The position numbers and the translations under genes were made by a program. A model generated the notes under the pieces. It had not been told where the DNA came from. It saw only the letters and a program-made list of their open reading frames with translations, and searched no databases. Below, piece after piece: positions 59,511 through 64,000 of a stretch of DNA of 64,000 nucleotides. The stretch covers positions 62,001 through 126,000 of the forward strand of contig VJWM01000226.1 of the NCBI GenBank assembly GCA_010909165.1, given 5' to 3'. Position 1 is the first letter of the stretch. Each line of letters starts with the position of its first letter. This DNA comes from Anthoceros angustus (taxonomy: Eukaryota; Plantae; Anthocerotophyta).

Positions 59511-61261
59511 AAAGTGTATGCCTCTACATCTTCGTGTCTTGGTCTCTCGTCTCAGGAATGCCGATTACATTTTACAACGTAATTTACAACCTAAAGTTGT
59601 AAAAAGAATGACTTAAATAGGTTGGAAATTTGGCGTGGCGGGGAAGATTATCACGTCATAGAGTTGATGACGTGGCGGCCACATCGACAAATTGGGTGGG
59701 TAATAATAGCACTTACAAGTGCTATTAATACAAATCTCTCGGAAAGGGTCATTCTCCATTAAAGGGTTTGGGTCCCTAAAGGCCAAAAGTGATCCTCCAA
59801 AGGGGCCAAAGCGTATCATCTCCATAAAAGCACTCTTTACACATGTACAAAAATACATTGACCATGTTATTTTTCGCGAACACTTATCTTTGAGTGCAGG
59901 CGAACAAGGTTCGCAGTTTCACCTTCACAAGAAAGGTTTCAAGGATCTATGAATGGTGCTAGGAATCCTAGAGACACCTCATCATGGTGCGATTATTTCC
60001 TATCAAGGTGAATAGTAGGCAAGCCAAACCAAACTAGTCCAGCAAGGCAAACTATTTGGGCGTCCGTAACAACCAACAACGCAAAAGAAGAAACTCCCAA
60101 GCCGATCTGAAGCAACTACGTTGGACGTCGGCGCAATTGTGAAGGACATCAACCGAAGCGGCCTAATCAAGGCCATCTCGAGAGGGACCAACTACATTGT
60201 GAAAGCGGCGCAGACGTTTGGCGCAATGTGAGTACATAGCCAGGAACTCCATTGTTAGAGTGCAAAACAAAGGAAGGAACGGGGCAATGCGCCGGACGTC
60301 CGGCGCATTCTTGTAGTCTGCAGGACTCTTGAGTCTTGGAGACCCCGATCTTGCGGACGTCCGCGCGCGTGACTCACGATCTTCTTGGGCGTCCAAGCGT
60401 GATGGAAGTGGTGGAGTGGATCGCGGACGTCGGCGCATTTGTATATGAATTACTTCTATATGATGTAAGAGCGTCGCTTTGAGTAATGGGGGTGTAGATG
60501 ACCAATCAACATAAGAGTTCCAAGGTTCAACAACCTTTGGGATTGGATCGATTCTAGGATGGGGTGCCCGTTGTAAGTGGTTTGAAAACTTTGCAAGAAC
60601 TCCACTATTAAGCAACATGGCGTGGGTCGATCTTGGGATGGGGTGCTGATTTTGAGTGGTTTGAAAATTTTTATAAATCATCCCGGTATCTAGGCGTAAA
60701 GTCGGAATATTGTTTTGAAAGTCATTCATTGGTTGATGTTATGTTCCCACATTCCCTTTGTAAATAACATCTAAAACTTTTACCTTACTCTATGTGCTCT
60801 ATCTACGACTTGCGATGGATCTTTTCGATAGGTGCAGAATGTTCAGCTCATTCGAGTTTGTGCATATAGATGCATGGGCGTTGGTTTCTAGATGAGGTAC
60901 ATTTTCCAAAATTTGACATGTGTAATGGTGGTTTCGATGGCCAACCTTTTGAAGGCGACAATGTTTCACAATGTTTTGCGGAAAGTAAGAAAATAAAGAG
61001 AATAGATGATCCGTCTTAAGTAATGTGAAGATATCACAGTAGGAGAAATATCACGAAAGGAGACACTTGAAATACAAACCGGTTTTCAAATCCAAGAATA
61101 AGTGAAAGCAATTGTGTATAAGACGACTATATCTAGGAAGTTGTCATATTTGAATTAAATCATGAGTAAAACATTAAACTTTCAAAACTTTAAACACGGA
61201 ATGCATATGCTTTGAAACTACAAAAATATTGTTTCACAACTTCAAATTTCTAGATTCATTT

Positions 61262-63321
<2,060 letters not shown>

Positions 63322-64000
63322 GATTACAAAGCTTTGGGTCTAAGCAATATGCAAATGGATGTAATTGATCAACGATAATTTGTAGGATGGTGGTTGAGGC
63401 ACATATATAGGCATTTTGGGATTTTTCTCGATAATATGGACAAAAGCGAAATAGCTTTGCTCTCTTGGTGTTAGACTAAGCATATCCCTCTCTATGTTAT
63501 GGAGTTTTGAATGATTTCCACGGTCTCTACTCAGCGGCTTGTAAGTTGCAACCATGAGTGAGTGGAACAAGGAACCCGTCCCTCTTCAAGCCTTGGTGAA
63601 GAATTTGGCGTTTCTCCATCCGAGCCGTGGGCGACAACCTTGTAAAGGCCATACTTGGAGTAGTTGGTGGTTCCGAGTCATCGGGGATGGTGTCGACTAA
63701 GCGCCATTCAAATACATGTTCACGGCCACACCGTCTTGGTGCCTAGCGTTCACGGTGATCGAGGTGTCGTATACTCCGTTACAGCAGCGATTTGGGATGA
63801 GTAGTAGCACGAGCCGTTGGCGACCATGCCGGAGGCGCATCAAGGGCCGCCGCCCAAGATCTGGAGCGAGGGGTCGTTCGAGGAGCAGAGAACTTGAGCT
63901 CCCCTCGAGCGCATCCCGCTGGTGTAATCATTGTTGTTTGGTTCGAGCGGTGCACGTTGGTGTCGATGATTGCGAACGTTTCCGGTCCACTATAAGAATC

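Noticed and set aside
60163-60729. 188-aa minus-strand ORF in the array spacer
   Set aside because: Not open in the other copy (53-55 kb) and no recognisable domain.

Overview
Intron-containing eukaryotic nuclear DNA from a land plant. Short introns, compact gene spacing and a PLS-class PPR-DYW gene suggest a non-seed plant such as a hornwort (inference only). The first ~26 kb is gene-rich. It holds a multi-exon FAD/amine-oxidase-family gene with a 3' tandem duplicate and a divergent 3' fragment, an RT-less Ty3/gypsy derivative, an intronless F-box gene, a U2 snRNA, a Ser-rich DUF1645/DUF688-motif gene, a PPR-DYW gene, an NFKBIL1-like ankyrin gene, a plastid DUF2358 gene and a PPR pseudogene. 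From 28.5 to 41.7 kb lie two related Ty1/copia elements fused together. Both carry a homologous extra ORF between the PBS and gag that shows mostly synonymous divergence, which is the most novel-looking signal here; the second element may also have a 3' antisense ORF. From 44 to 64 kb is a noisy tandem array of neprosin (DUF239) genes in which both predicted catalytic glutamates appear substituted (E>Q, E>D), interleaved with transposon remnants. Caveat: the window has many 1-3 bp indels and at least 11 tandem duplications or jumps joined at short microhomologies, so copy numbers and frameshifts may partly be long-read assembly artefacts.
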